This document shows positions 1-9,161 of a stretch of DNA of 64,000 nt, in pieces (the first letter of the stretch is position 1; every line of letters starts with the position of its first letter). This DNA is from an uncultured Acidobacteriota bacterium (GTDB lineage Bacteria > Acidobacteriota > Thermoanaerobaculia > UBA5066): contig CAVZYA010000001.1 in assembly GCA_963779415.1 (NCBI GenBank), forward strand, positions 1,184,001 through 1,248,000. Direction: 5' to 3'. Below the pieces are notes generated by a model. The model had not been told where the DNA came from, did no database searches, and worked only from the letters and a program-made list of their open reading frames with translations. A program made the translations under genes and the position numbers.

Positions 1-1974
1 GAGGGCGACGACCTTCACGACGTGCCGGCGCGGAAGCTCGCCGAGGTCGAGGTCGACGGAGAACGGCGCCCTCCGCTTCGAGGAGATCTTCACGTTGTCG
101 AGATAGAAGTCGGCGGCGGAGACGTCGGGGGACGAGGTGCGCGTCTCGAACCGGATGAGGCCCGTCGCGAACTCCCGCGCGATCGGGAGGAGAAGGATCG
201 TCCCCTTCGGCTTCCCGGCCTCGGAGACGAGCCGCGCCACGGCGGCGCGTCCGGCGTCGCGCGCGGCCCTCTCCTCGGCCGAGAGCGACACGTCCGGAAC
301 GTCGGGGATCCGGACCTTCTCGTCCACGAGGCCGGCGGCGTTCCGGTTCGCGTCCGCCACCTTCACCCTGATCCGGTAGTCGCCCGGGAAGATCTCCCGC
401 TCGATCTTCAGGGGGACGAAGGGGCCGGTGACCGACGTCGTCGGAAAGTCGAACCGGTACCGGAAGTTGTCGACGAGGCGGTCCCCGTGGACGACCTCCC
501 CGACCACGTCGAAGTCGAAGAAGGAGACCGGCCCCATGGCCTTCGTCGCGAGCCCCTCGCGCTCGAGAAGAAGCGTCAGCTCCATCCGCATCTTGCTGCC
601 GACCATCTCGGGGAAGCGGAGCGTCCTCTGGAGCGGCAGCCGGACGGCATCGTCCGGAATGTCGGTCGTCATCTGAAGGATCGCGTCCGCGCCCTCCACG
701 TCGCCCGGCTTGGGGCCCTCGCGAAGGACGCCGGTCATCTTCAGGCCGCCGGTCGTCCCCCACTGCGCCTCGATCGTCGCGAGCACCCGGGTGACGTCGC
801 CCGCATCCGGGCAGCCCGTCAGGTCGACCCGCCGGGAAGGGCCCGCGCCCCCCGGCATCGACCCGGCGATCACCGACGCCCGCCCGTCCGCCGGCGTCCA
901 GAGACGGTAGTCCCCGGCCCCGAACGACTGGTAGAAGAGGAGGAGCGCTTTCGACATCTTCAGCGACTCGATCCGCTCGTAGTACCAGATCTGGATCGGC
1001 CAATAGACGTCCTGGCAGTCGATCTTCCGAACGGAGTCCGGCGGCCCGTGGAGGATGTAGATCCGGGCCTGGTCGCTCTGGAGATGGCGGAAGAGCTCGC
1101 GCGCCCGCTCGACCCGGAGCTCGTAGACCTCGCGGAAGTTGACCCGGAGCCCGTCGGAATCGATGGAGCGCCGCTTCCAGAACTCGTCGATGAAGCGGTC
1201 CCGCTGGTAGTCCGAGTTGAGGCGCAGCATCGTGTCGCGCTCGAGGTCGGTGATGATCGGCTCGACGTCGTCGAGGAACTTCCGGTACCGGTCCGGAAGC
1301 TCCGACTCGAGCTTCTTCCGCTCCTTTCCCGTGAGCGGCCTGTTCGAGACGAGGACCGGCACGGGCGCGGAGGGCTTCGGCGAGGCCTTGACGAGCGCGT
1401 CGCGTGCCACGGCGATCCCTGCCCGCTCGGCCAGGCCGCCGCTCCGGTCCTTCTGACGGGACGTGACGGATTCCACGGCCGCCTTCAGGACGGCGGCTTC
1501 GGCGCAGAGGCTCTTGTCCGGCTCGAACGTCGAGAAGTCGAGACGGACGTTCGGCGCGAGGAGAAGCTCTTCGCCGTCGACGAGGGTCCAGTACCGGTAG
1601 ACGCCGGTCCCGGGCTCGGGAAAGAAGATGCCGCGGGCGTTCCGGCCGAGCTTCGGATGCTCCAGATAGGTCCAGACCTCGACTTCCCGGAAGAGCGCCG
1701 GACAGTGGACGATCGTTCGCGCGTCCGGAGGGCCGGAGAGGACGTAGACGACGGCCCGGTCGTCGTCCGGGCGTCCGAAGAGCGTCACGGCCTCGGACTG
1801 GCGCTGGAGTTGCTCGGGGGACGGCGTCGGAGAGGGGGTGGCCGCGGCTCCCGGAGTCGGAGAGGGGGGTGGGGCCGCCCCGGCGGGGACGGCGGCGAGG
1901 AACAGGGGGATCCAGAGGAGCGTCGCGCTCCTTCGCGTCGCCCGGAACGGGTCGCCGCCTCTCACGGCTGCCAT
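1..1974 (-). CDS. Secreted GWxTD-domain protein, 3' end runs off the window (a VWA-type C-terminus may follow)
   Basis: Manually translated minus frame from ATG 1974 (MAAVRGGDPF...), open to base 1. Hydrophobic signal region, Pro/Thr linker, then 'FIDEFWKRR...QSDQARIYILHGPPD...IQIWYY', typical of GWxTD domains, and an earlier copy 'DDDRAVVYVLSGPPD...VEVWTY'. Confidence 0.75.
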   Translation of the reverse strand, partial: MAAVRGGDPFRATRRSATLLWIPLFLAAVPAGAAPPPSPTPGAAATPSPTPSPEQLQRQSEAVTLFGRPDDDRAVVYVLSGPPDARTIVHCPALFREVEVWTYLEHPKLGRNARGIFFPEPGTGVYRYWTLVDGEELLLAPNVRLDFSTFEPDKSLCAEAAVLKAAVESVTSRQKDRSGGLAERAGIAVARDALVKASPKPSAPVPVLVSNRPLTGKERKKLESELPDRYRKFLDDVEPIITDLERDTMLRLNSDYQRDRFIDEFWKRRSIDSDGLRVNFREVYELRVERARELFRHLQSDQARIYILHGPPDSVRKIDCQDVYWPIQIWYYERIESLKMSKALLLFYQSFGAGDYRLWTPADGRASVIAGSMPGGAGPSRRVDLTGCPDAGDVTRVLATIEAQWGTTGGLKMTGVLREGPKPGDVEGADAILQMTTDIPDDAVRLPLQRTLRFPEMVGSKMRMELTLLLEREGLATKAMGPVSFFDFDVVGEVVHGDRLVDNFRYRFDFPTTSVTGPFVPLKIEREIFPGDYRIRVKVADANRNAAGLVDEKVRIPDVPDVSLSAEERAARDAGRAAVARLVSEAGKPKGTILLLPIAREFATGLIRFETRTSSPDVSAADFYLDNVKISSKRRAPFSVDLDLGELPRRHVVKVVAL

Positions 1975-2072
1975 TCTCTCCGATGAAAGTACGCGCCGGA
2001 TTCCCCTGCGGGTTCCTCCCTTCTCGAACGGAGCGCCGGCACCCCTAGAATCCGTGGTGAGAACGGATCGCC

Positions 2073-3260
2073 ATGACTCCTCGGGATCTTCTCTACGCGG
2101 ATCACCACGCCACGACGCCCGTCGCCGCGGAGGTCGTCGAGGCCATGGCGCCGTGGACGGCGTTTTCCGGAAACCCTTCCTCGGTCCATGCCGCGGGGCG
2201 GGCCGCCCGAAACGCGGTGGAGGAAGCGCGGGGGGAAGTCGCCCGCGCCATCGGCGCGGAACCCGGAGAAATCGTCTTCACCTCCGGCGGAACGGAAGCC
2301 GACAACCTCGCGGTACGGGGGGCGGCCCTCGCCGCCTTCCAATCCGATCCCGCGCGCCGTGCCGTCCTCTTCACGGCGGCGGAGCATCCGGCCGTCCGGG
2401 AGGCGGCCCGGTCGCTCGGACGATCCGGCCTTGCGCCGGTGGAGATCGCCTGCGACGGCGACGGACTCCCGTTCGCCGCCCTGATGGAGGAGAGTCTCGG
2501 ACCCGCGACGGCTCTTCTCTCGGCGATCCTCGCGAACAACGAGACCGGCGTCGTGAACGGAGGCCTTCCCGACCTCGCGCGCCGGGCCCGCGCCGCCGGC
2601 GTGATCGTCCACACCGACGCCGTCCAGGCCGTCGGGAAGATCCCGGTCGATGTCGCGTTTCTGGGCGTCGACCTTCTCACCCTGACGGCTCACAAGTTCG
2701 GGGGGCCGAAAGGGGCCGGTGCCCTCTGGGTTCGAAAGGGCGTCCGCCTCTCGCCGCTCGCCGCGGGGGGGGGTCAGGAAAAAGGGCGGCGGGCCGGGAC
2801 CGAGAACGTGGCCGCCCTCGTCGGCCTCGGAGCGGCCCTCCGGCTCGCCGTCTCGCGCCTCGAAGCCGAGGCCGCACGTCTCTCGGCTCTTCGCGACCGG
2901 TTCGAGCGGGGCCTCCTTGCCTCGATCCCCGGACTCCGGGTGAACGGCGCGGCCCCCGCGCGTCCCGGAACGCGTCGCCTTCCGACGGCCACGTCGGCGG
3001 TCTTCCCCGGCATTCTCGGCGAGGTCCTCCTCGCGGCGCTCGACCTCGAGGGGATCGCCGCTTCGGGGGGGTCTGCGTGCGCCAGCGGGACGACGAAGCC
3101 GAGCGCCGTCCTTCTGGCGATGGGTCTCACGCCGGCCGACGCGCGAGCCACCCTCCGCTTCTCCTTCGGAGCCACGACGACGGCCGCAGAGATCGACCGT
3201 CTCCTCGAGGCCGTCCCGCGCCTTTTCGCGCGCGCCGCGGCAGCGAAAGGCGCTTGCTGA
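2073..3260 (+). CDS. iscS: Cysteine desulfurase (IscS/NifS family)
   Basis: YADHHATTP, GNPSSVH, FTSGGTEADN, HTDAVQAVGK, AHKFGGPKG (PLP Lys), SGGSACASG (catalytic Cys). Confidence 0.9.
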   Translation: MTPRDLLYADHHATTPVAAEVVEAMAPWTAFSGNPSSVHAAGRAARNAVEEARGEVARAIGAEPGEIVFTSGGTEADNLAVRGAALAAFQSDPARRAVLFTAAEHPAVREAARSLGRSGLAPVEIACDGDGLPFAALMEESLGPATALLSAILANNETGVVNGGLPDLARRARAAGVIVHTDAVQAVGKIPVDVAFLGVDLLTLTAHKFGGPKGAGALWVRKGVRLSPLAAGGGQEKGRRAGTENVAALVGLGAALRLAVSRLEAEAARLSALRDRFERGLLASIPGLRVNGAAPARPGTRRLPTATSAVFPGILGEVLLAALDLEGIAASGGSACASGTTKPSAVLLAMGLTPADARATLRFSFGATTTAAEIDRLLEAVPRLFARAAAAKGAC

Positions 3261-3323
3261 ACGGCGGCGGGAGCGTTCTAATTCCATCGACTTTCCCGGA
3301 ACGGCCCCCGAAGAGAGACCGCC

Positions 3324-4082
3324 TTGATCATTCAGTGTCCCTCCTGTCTCGCCCGCTACAACTACGACGACACGCGCTTCGCGGGCGTGGCGAAGAAGAA
3401 GATCCGGTGCACGCGCTGCACCGCGGTCTTCGAGATCCAGAATCCGGCGGCGGGCGCCTCGCTGAGCTCCACGGCGCCGAAGCCCGCCCCGCCCCCGCCG
3501 CCTCTTGCCGGAGCGGGACCCGGGGGCCTTCCCGGCCCGGACGACTTCGCCCTCGACGAAACCGCGCTCACCGAGGCGAGCAAGCGCCGCCGCGCGATTC
3601 CGGGAGCGCCCGCGCGCGCCGTCGCCTTTCCCGCAATCCCGCCTCCGGACGCCCCTCCTCAGGACGCCACGGCGCCGCCCCCCGGATTCGGAAAGGCCTC
3701 GACGACCGACAGGGCCACGGTCATGCCGGCCCCTGCCGCCGGGGTCGAAAGGCGCCTGCGCCTCCCCGCGGGCTATCGCTATTCCCTCGCGTGCATCTCC
3801 GGGCCGGAGGCTGGAAAGATCTTCGAGGTCGGAAAGCCCCGGGTCGTCATCGGCCGCGGGCAGGCGGACATCGTTCTCGGAGACATCCAGTGCTCGCGGC
3901 AGCACGCCGCCATCGAGGTGCTCGACGAAAAGGTCTACGTCGTCGATCTGAACTCGACGAACGGAACGTGGATCGGGGACCGGCGCGTCACGCGCGTGGA
4001 ACTCGAGAACCGCGCCGAGTTCGAGATCGGGACGACGACCCTGATGCTCATCCGCAGCGCGACCGACGCGCCGTCGGGCTGA
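3324..4082 (+). CDS. Zinc-ribbon (MJ0042-type) plus Pro-rich linker plus FHA domain protein
   Basis: N-terminal MIIQCPSC...KIRCTRC; C-terminal IGR, SRQHA, DLNSTNGT FHA motifs; TTG start. Confidence 0.85.
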   Translation: MIIQCPSCLARYNYDDTRFAGVAKKKIRCTRCTAVFEIQNPAAGASLSSTAPKPAPPPPPLAGAGPGGLPGPDDFALDETALTEASKRRRAIPGAPARAVAFPAIPPPDAPPQDATAPPPGFGKASTTDRATVMPAPAAGVERRLRLPAGYRYSLACISGPEAGKIFEVGKPRVVIGRGQADIVLGDIQCSRQHAAIEVLDEKVYVVDLNSTNGTWIGDRRVTRVELENRAEFEIGTTTLMLIRSATDAPSG

Positions 4083-4115
4083 GCGCAAACGCGGGACCGG
4101 ATAGAATTCCCCGCG

Positions 4116-4340
4116 ATGACGCGCACGCACGTGACCTCCGCCGCCCTGAAGCTCCCCCACCGAGATCGAGCCGAGCTGGCGGCGCTTCTGCTGCACAGTC
4201 TCGAGCAGCTTCCCGAAGGCGAATGGGAGGCCGTCTGGGCTGCGGAGTCCGAGAAGCGACTTACCGAGGTCCGTGCCGGACGAATGAAGGAGAGTCCTGC
4301 GAAGGACGTCTTCGCGCGTGTCCGAAAAGCGCGCCGTTAG
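4116..4340 (+). CDS. Addiction-module antitoxin (putative addiction module component, TIGR02574-like)
   Basis: 74 aa; 'ALKLPHRDRAELAALLLHSL...WAAESEKRL...G...PAKDVF' pattern; directly upstream of a ParE/RelE-like gene. Confidence 0.8.
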   Translation: MTRTHVTSAALKLPHRDRAELAALLLHSLEQLPEGEWEAVWAAESEKRLTEVRAGRMKESPAKDVFARVRKARR

Positions 4341-4632
4341 GGTCACTTTCGTCGCCGCTGCCGAGGCGGAGTTTCGCGACATCGCTCTCCGTTACGGGCA
4401 GGAATCGGCGAGCCTCGCCGACGAGTTCGAGTCCGAGGTGCGCCGCGGCGTCGAGTTCATCGCCGCGAATCCCGAAGCCGCCCCCCGAGTCCGGGGTGAC
4501 GTCCGGCGCAAGGTCCTTCGTCGATTCCCGTTCAGCCTCTTCTACGCTGTCGACCCTGACCGCATCCGCATTCTTGCCGTCGCCCATCACCGTCGCCAGC
4601 CCGGGTACTGGGCGAGCGGGCTTCGCGGCTGA
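4318..4632 (+). CDS. RelE/ParE-family type II toxin
   Basis: 'VTFVAAAEAEFRDI..RY...NPEAAP....VRRKVLRRFPFSLFY...IRILAVAHHRRQPGYW'; start codon uncertain. Confidence 0.85.
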   Translation: MSEKRAVRVTFVAAAEAEFRDIALRYGQESASLADEFESEVRRGVEFIAANPEAAPRVRGDVRRKVLRRFPFSLFYAVDPDRIRILAVAHHRRQPGYWASGLRG

Positions 4633-5021
4633 TTGGCCATTCGCATGTTTGGGTTCCACGCCTCACGCGGATCAAGGCGGTGACCATCCCGGACGCCCCG
4701 ACAATTCTGTGAGGGCTTGATAGCCTTTGCTCATGGGAGATCTGCCCTGAGGAGGTCGGCTACGCGTTCGCGGATTCCGCGCCGAAGGTCTTCCCGATCC
4801 AGGACTGGATGCTGAACGGCTGGACACTGCAGTTTTCAGTCGGTCCAAACCACGGGGAAGCCGGAACCGTTGCAAGCGCCCACGGAAATGCGGGTCAAAC
4901 AGCACTGTCGCTAGCTCTGGAGGGACCAGATTGGAGGCGCAGAACGGAGTTTCGGCGCGAAGATAGTCTCGAGAAGCGCTGGAAGGGTCTGCGCCGAGCG
5001 ATGGCCGCAGAGACGCAGTAG
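4632..5021 (+). pseudogene. Possible headless gene remnant in a lower-GC stretch
   Basis: One frame is open from about 4632 to TAG 5021 except for a single TGA at 4710-4712; no family recognised. Confidence 0.25.
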
Positions 5022-5025
5022 ATGC

Positions 5026-5073
5026 TCGCGCCGCTCCGCGAACGCCAAGCCGGAGCGAGTGAAAGCGGCGCGA
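5026..5073. repeat. Inverted repeat or hairpin (possible terminator)
   Basis: TCGCGCCGCT (5026-5035) is the perfect reverse complement of AGCGGCGCGA (5064-5073); alternative stem CGCTCCG/CGGAGCG (5032-38/5051-57). Confidence 0.5.
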
Positions 5074-5182
5074 AGTACAGACCCCCCGCCGCCGCGAGTC
5101 TATGGCAGGGGCGACCAAGGCTCGCGTTGACCGGTTCAGTAGCCTTCTGAATCCCTCAATAATCTCGTAGGAAGAACCCGGG

Positions 5183-6487
5183 TCATCCCAGCGCCGCCAG
5201 CACCGCGTCGAGCGTCGGCGGGAGGCGGCGGGGCGGGTTCGCGAGGCGGGCGCCGCTCCGGTGGTACGCGGCGGCGGTCGAAGCGAACTTGAGGGCGTGG
5301 GCCGTGGCGACGACGACGACGAGGTCCTCCTTCCGGATCACCCCCTCCCGCCGCAGCTTCGCGGCCCCCGCGAGGGCGACGGCGCTGTTCGGGCAGATGG
5401 CGAGGCCGTGCCGGTTCGCGAGCGCCGCCGCGTCGAGGAGCTCCTCCTCGGAGACCCGCCCGACGACGCCGCCCGAGGAGTGGATCTCGCGCTCGGCCTT
5501 CGGGTGCGAGACCGGCGCCCCGATCCGGATCGCCGAGGCCGCCGTCTCCCCGGCGACGCGCGTCACTCGCTCCCGGAATCCCGTCTCGAACGAGCGGTAG
5601 AACGGGTCGGCCGCCTCGGCCTGGATCCCCGCGAGGCGCGGCGCCTTGCCGATGACGCCGAGATCGAGCCACTCCCGGAGCCCCTTCCCGATGGCCGAGA
5701 CGTTCCCCGCGTTCCCGACCGGGACGACGAACCAGTCGGGCACATCCCAGCCGAGATCCTGAACCGCCTCGAAGCCGATCGTCTTCTGCCCCTCGATCCG
5801 GACGGAGTTCTTCGAGTTGAGGAGGTAGATGGGGCGCTCACGCGTCAGCTCCGTGACGATCCGCATGCAGCCGTCGAAGTCCGTGTCGAGCGCGAGCGTC
5901 GTCGCGCCGTAGTGGAGCGCCTGCGAGAGCTGCTCGTCGGTGATCTTCGCGTTCGGGAGGAGGACGATCGCCCGCATCCCGGGCACCTCGGCCGCGTACG
6001 CGGCGAGGGCGGCGGAGGTGTCCCCCGTCGACGCGCAGGCGACGTCGCGGATGCCGAGGTGCCGCGCCCAGGAGACCCCGACCGTCATCCCGCGGTCCTT
6101 GAAGGAGAGCGTCGGGTTCTCCCCTTCGTGCTTCACGAAGAGGCGCGAAAGGCCCAGCTCCTCGCCGAGCGCGCGCCCCGGGTAGAGCCGCGTCGCCCCT
6201 TCCGGCTTCGAGACGATCTCCGGCTCGGGGAGATCGGGGAGCACGTGCTCCCGGAAGCGCCAGACGCCGCTCCGCTGGTACGCGGGCGTTGCCTCGGACG
6301 GAAGGGCGGCGCGGCGACGGTCGAACAGGTCGCGCCACTCCGCCCCGCTCCGTCCCCAGACGCGGAGATCGGCGTGCACCTCGAGGAGCCCGCCGCAGGA
6401 GGCGCAGTCCGAGGCGGTCTGGGAGAGCGGAGCCGAGGCGCCGCACCCGAGGCACCGGAACGAGGCGGGCACCGAGGACGAGGTCAC
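5183..6487 (-). CDS. thrC: Threonine synthase
   Basis: KHEGENPTLSFKDRG (PLP Lys), CASTGDTSAA, VPVGNAGN, TAASAIRIGAP, TAHALKF; N-terminal CxxC...CxxC. Confidence 0.93.
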   Translation of the reverse strand: MTSSSVPASFRCLGCGASAPLSQTASDCASCGGLLEVHADLRVWGRSGAEWRDLFDRRRAALPSEATPAYQRSGVWRFREHVLPDLPEPEIVSKPEGATRLYPGRALGEELGLSRLFVKHEGENPTLSFKDRGMTVGVSWARHLGIRDVACASTGDTSAALAAYAAEVPGMRAIVLLPNAKITDEQLSQALHYGATTLALDTDFDGCMRIVTELTRERPIYLLNSKNSVRIEGQKTIGFEAVQDLGWDVPDWFVVPVGNAGNVSAIGKGLREWLDLGVIGKAPRLAGIQAEAADPFYRSFETGFRERVTRVAGETAASAIRIGAPVSHPKAEREIHSSGGVVGRVSEEELLDAAALANRHGLAICPNSAVALAGAAKLRREGVIRKEDLVVVVATAHALKFASTAAAYHRSGARLANPPRRLPPTLDAVLAALG

Positions 6488-8196
6488 CCGAGAAGTTTAC
6501 GAAAGAAGTCGGGGCCGACGGGACGGGAGACGAGGAAGCCCTGGATCTCGTCACAGCGCTGGCGGACGAGGAACTCGCGCTGCCCCTCCGTCTCGACCCC
6601 TTCGGCGATGACGCGGAGGTTCAGGCCGTGCGCCATCGCGATGGCCGTCGCGCCGAGCGACGCGTCCTTCGGGTCGAACTCCACGCCGCGGACGAAGCTC
6701 TGGTCGATCTTGAGGACGTCGATCGGGAATCGCTTGAGATAGGCGAGCGACGAGTAGCCCGTGCCGAAATCGTCGAGCGCGAGCTGGACGCCGAGCCCCT
6801 TCAGCTCGGCGAGCTTCGCGAGGCTCCCGGCGGCGCGCTCCATCGCGACGCTCTCGGTGATCTCCAGAAGGAGCGATCGTGCGGGGAGGCCGGTCTCCCG
6901 GAGGATCCTCCGGATCGTGTCGACGAGGCTCGCGTGCTGGAACTGGCGGGCCGAGAGGTTCACGGCGATGCGCAGGGCGGTGAAGCCTTCGTCATGCCAC
7001 GCCTTCACCTGGGTGCAGGCGGTCCGGAGGACCCACTCGCCGATCGAGACGATGAGCCCCGTCTCCTCGAGGATCGAGATGAAGTCCGACGGCGGGACGA
7101 CCACCTTCTCGCCGCGGCGCCAGCGGAGAAGCGCCTCGACTCCGACGATCCGGCCCGTCAGGAGGTCGACCTGGGGCTGGTAGGCGAGGAGGAACTCCGT
7201 CCGCTCGAGAGCGCGCCGGAGGGCCGTCTCCAGCTTCATCCGCTCGCGCGCCCGGGCGTTCATGTCGGGGCGATAGAGCATGAACGCGTCGCGTCCCTCG
7301 CGCTTGACGCGGTTCATCGCCGTGTCGGCGGACGAAAGGAGCGTCTGGACGTCGTCGCCGTCGTCGGGAAAGAGGCTGATCCCGATGGAGGCCGTGACGA
7401 AGAGCTCGCGCCCGTCCACGTGGTAGGGGCGACGGATCGCCTCGAGGATCCGCTCGCCGATGGCGGGGATCGAGGAGGGAGAGCCGATGCGCGGCATCAG
7501 GACGAGGAACTGGTCGCCCCCGAGGCGCGCCACCGTGTCCCCTTCCTGCACCGAGTGGCGGAGGCGCGCCCCCGTCTGCTGCAGGAGGGCGTCGCCGGCC
7601 TTGTGCCCCATCGAGTCGTTGATCAGCTTGAAGCGGTCGAGGTCGACCACGAGGACCATCAGCGGCTCGCGCGAATAGCGCGCCTTCGAGAGCGCCACCT
7701 CGATCCGGTCCGCGAAGAGAAGCCGGTTCGGAAGCCCCGTCAGGGAGTCGTGGTAGGCGAGGTGCTCGATCTCCTCCTCGGCCCTTCGCCCCTCCGTCAC
7801 GTCGAGAAAGCTGCAGACGACCTGCGACAGCTCGCCGACCTCGTTGAGCTCCGGCTCCACGTTCAGGAGGAGCCACGTCGGCTCCCGCGCCCCCGGGACG
7901 CCGATGATCACGTTCCGGACGGGGACCTTCTCGACGAGCGCCCGGATGAGCGGAGACTCCCCGGGCCCGTACGGCGTGCCGTCCTCGCGAAGGGGGCTCC
8001 AGGAGTCCCGGAAGACGTCGATCCCGACGAGCTCCTGCTCCGGGCGCCGGAGGAGATCGGTGGCGGTCCGGTTCGCGAGCCTGATCTTCCCTTCCGGCGA
8101 GATGAGAAGGATGCCGGCCGGAAGGTCGCGGAGGACCTTCCGGAGGGTCTCGAAGGCGAACGACGGCAAGGCCTCCGACGACTTCCGCTCGGGCAT
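6484..8196 (-). CDS. PAS + GGDEF (GGDQF) + EAL protein, probable c-di-GMP phosphodiesterase
   Basis: HDSLTGLPNR, DLDRFK, RLGGDQF, EALLRW, VNLS, EITE, DDFGTGYSS, KID, AEGVE; AGGAGG RBS upstream. Confidence 0.92.
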   Translation of the reverse strand: MPERKSSEALPSFAFETLRKVLRDLPAGILLISPEGKIRLANRTATDLLRRPEQELVGIDVFRDSWSPLREDGTPYGPGESPLIRALVEKVPVRNVIIGVPGAREPTWLLLNVEPELNEVGELSQVVCSFLDVTEGRRAEEEIEHLAYHDSLTGLPNRLLFADRIEVALSKARYSREPLMVLVVDLDRFKLINDSMGHKAGDALLQQTGARLRHSVQEGDTVARLGGDQFLVLMPRIGSPSSIPAIGERILEAIRRPYHVDGRELFVTASIGISLFPDDGDDVQTLLSSADTAMNRVKREGRDAFMLYRPDMNARARERMKLETALRRALERTEFLLAYQPQVDLLTGRIVGVEALLRWRRGEKVVVPPSDFISILEETGLIVSIGEWVLRTACTQVKAWHDEGFTALRIAVNLSARQFQHASLVDTIRRILRETGLPARSLLLEITESVAMERAAGSLAKLAELKGLGVQLALDDFGTGYSSLAYLKRFPIDVLKIDQSFVRGVEFDPKDASLGATAIAMAHGLNLRVIAEGVETEGQREFLVRQRCDEIQGFLVSRPVGPDFFRKLLG

Positions 8197-8213
8197 ACCC
8201 TCCTATCTTCGCA

Positions 8214-9161
8214 TCAGCGCCGGACGCGGCGCGCGCCGACCGGATCGACCCGGTGGATCCGCGCCTCCGCCTCCACGCCGGCCGCGCCGAAGGCCGCGAC
8301 CGCGGCGCGGGCGATCTTCGCCGCGGCGGCCGCCGAGCCGGCCAGCGCCACGAGCGACGGCCCCGCCCCGGCAAGGACGACACCGGGCGCACCGGCCTCT
8401 TCCATCGCCCGCCGGACGGCGGCGTAGCCGCGGACGAGAGGCGAGCGGGCCGGATCCACGATCCGGTCCGACGAGGCGAATCGCCCCGCCGCGGCGATGT
8501 CTCCCGAATGGAGCGCCGCGACGAGGCCGGCGAACGCCGCGCCGTGGCGGACGTGCTCGGCGAGCGTCACGCGCCGTGGAAGGGCGCGGCGCGCCCGCCG
8601 CGTCGCGAGCTCGAGAGCCGGATGAACGAGGACGAGTCGAAGCCGGGGCGGCACCGGGAGGGAGATCGCTTCGAGGGGGCCGTCCGGATCCGACGAAGGG
8701 ACCAGGAGGATCCCTCCGAGGAGCGACGGAAAGGCGTTGTCGCCGTGCCACCCTCCGTCGGCCGCGTGCTCGGCGAGAAGGACGGCGCGGAGGAGCTTCC
8801 TCTTGTCGGGGGCGCCGAGAAGGAGAGCTGCCGCATACGCCCCCGCCGCGGCGGACGCGGCCGAGGAACCGAGCCCGCTGGAGAGCGGGAGCCCTTTCTC
8901 GAGATCGAGGTCGATTCCCGCCCGCTTCTCCCCGCCGAACTCAACGAGAACGGCGCGCGCGGCGACCGCTGCCGTGTTGCGCTCGGCGTCCCGCGGAAGG
9001 CGTCCTCCGTCGCCGCTCACCGCGACGACCCGGACCCCGGGCTCTCTCGAGAGTCGGGCCGTGACGACGTCCCCCGGCCCGTCGAGCGCGACGCCGAGCG
9101 CGTCGAAGCCGACCCCGAGGTTCGCCACGGACGCCGGCGCAAAGACGGAGACGGTCTTCAA
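8214..9161 (-). CDS. thrB: Homoserine kinase
   Basis: APASVANLGVGFDALG, PLSSGLGSSAASA (GHMP motif), HGDN, AGAGPS; TTG start overlaps the aspartate kinase stop. Confidence 0.92.
   Translation of the reverse strand: MKTVSVFAPASVANLGVGFDALGVALDGPGDVVTARLSREPGVRVVAVSGDGGRLPRDAERNTAAVAARAVLVEFGGEKRAGIDLDLEKGLPLSSGLGSSAASAAAGAYAAALLLGAPDKRKLLRAVLLAEHAADGGWHGDNAFPSLLGGILLVPSSDPDGPLEAISLPVPPRLRLVLVHPALELATRRARRALPRRVTLAEHVRHGAAFAGLVAALHSGDIAAAGRFASSDRIVDPARSPLVRGYAAVRRAMEEAGAPGVVLAGAGPSLVALAGSAAAAAKIARAAVAAFGAAGVEAEARIHRVDPVGARRVRR

Noticed and set aside
22-1986. 654-aa plus-strand ORF
   Set aside because: Antisense shadow of the minus-strand GWxTD gene; no motifs.
4710-4712. In-frame TGA as selenocysteine
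   Set aside because: No redox motif, start codon or recognisable SECIS.
4330-5135. Integron cassette (TA pair plus attC)
   Set aside because: No properly paired RYYYAAC/GTTRRRY ends and no integrase.
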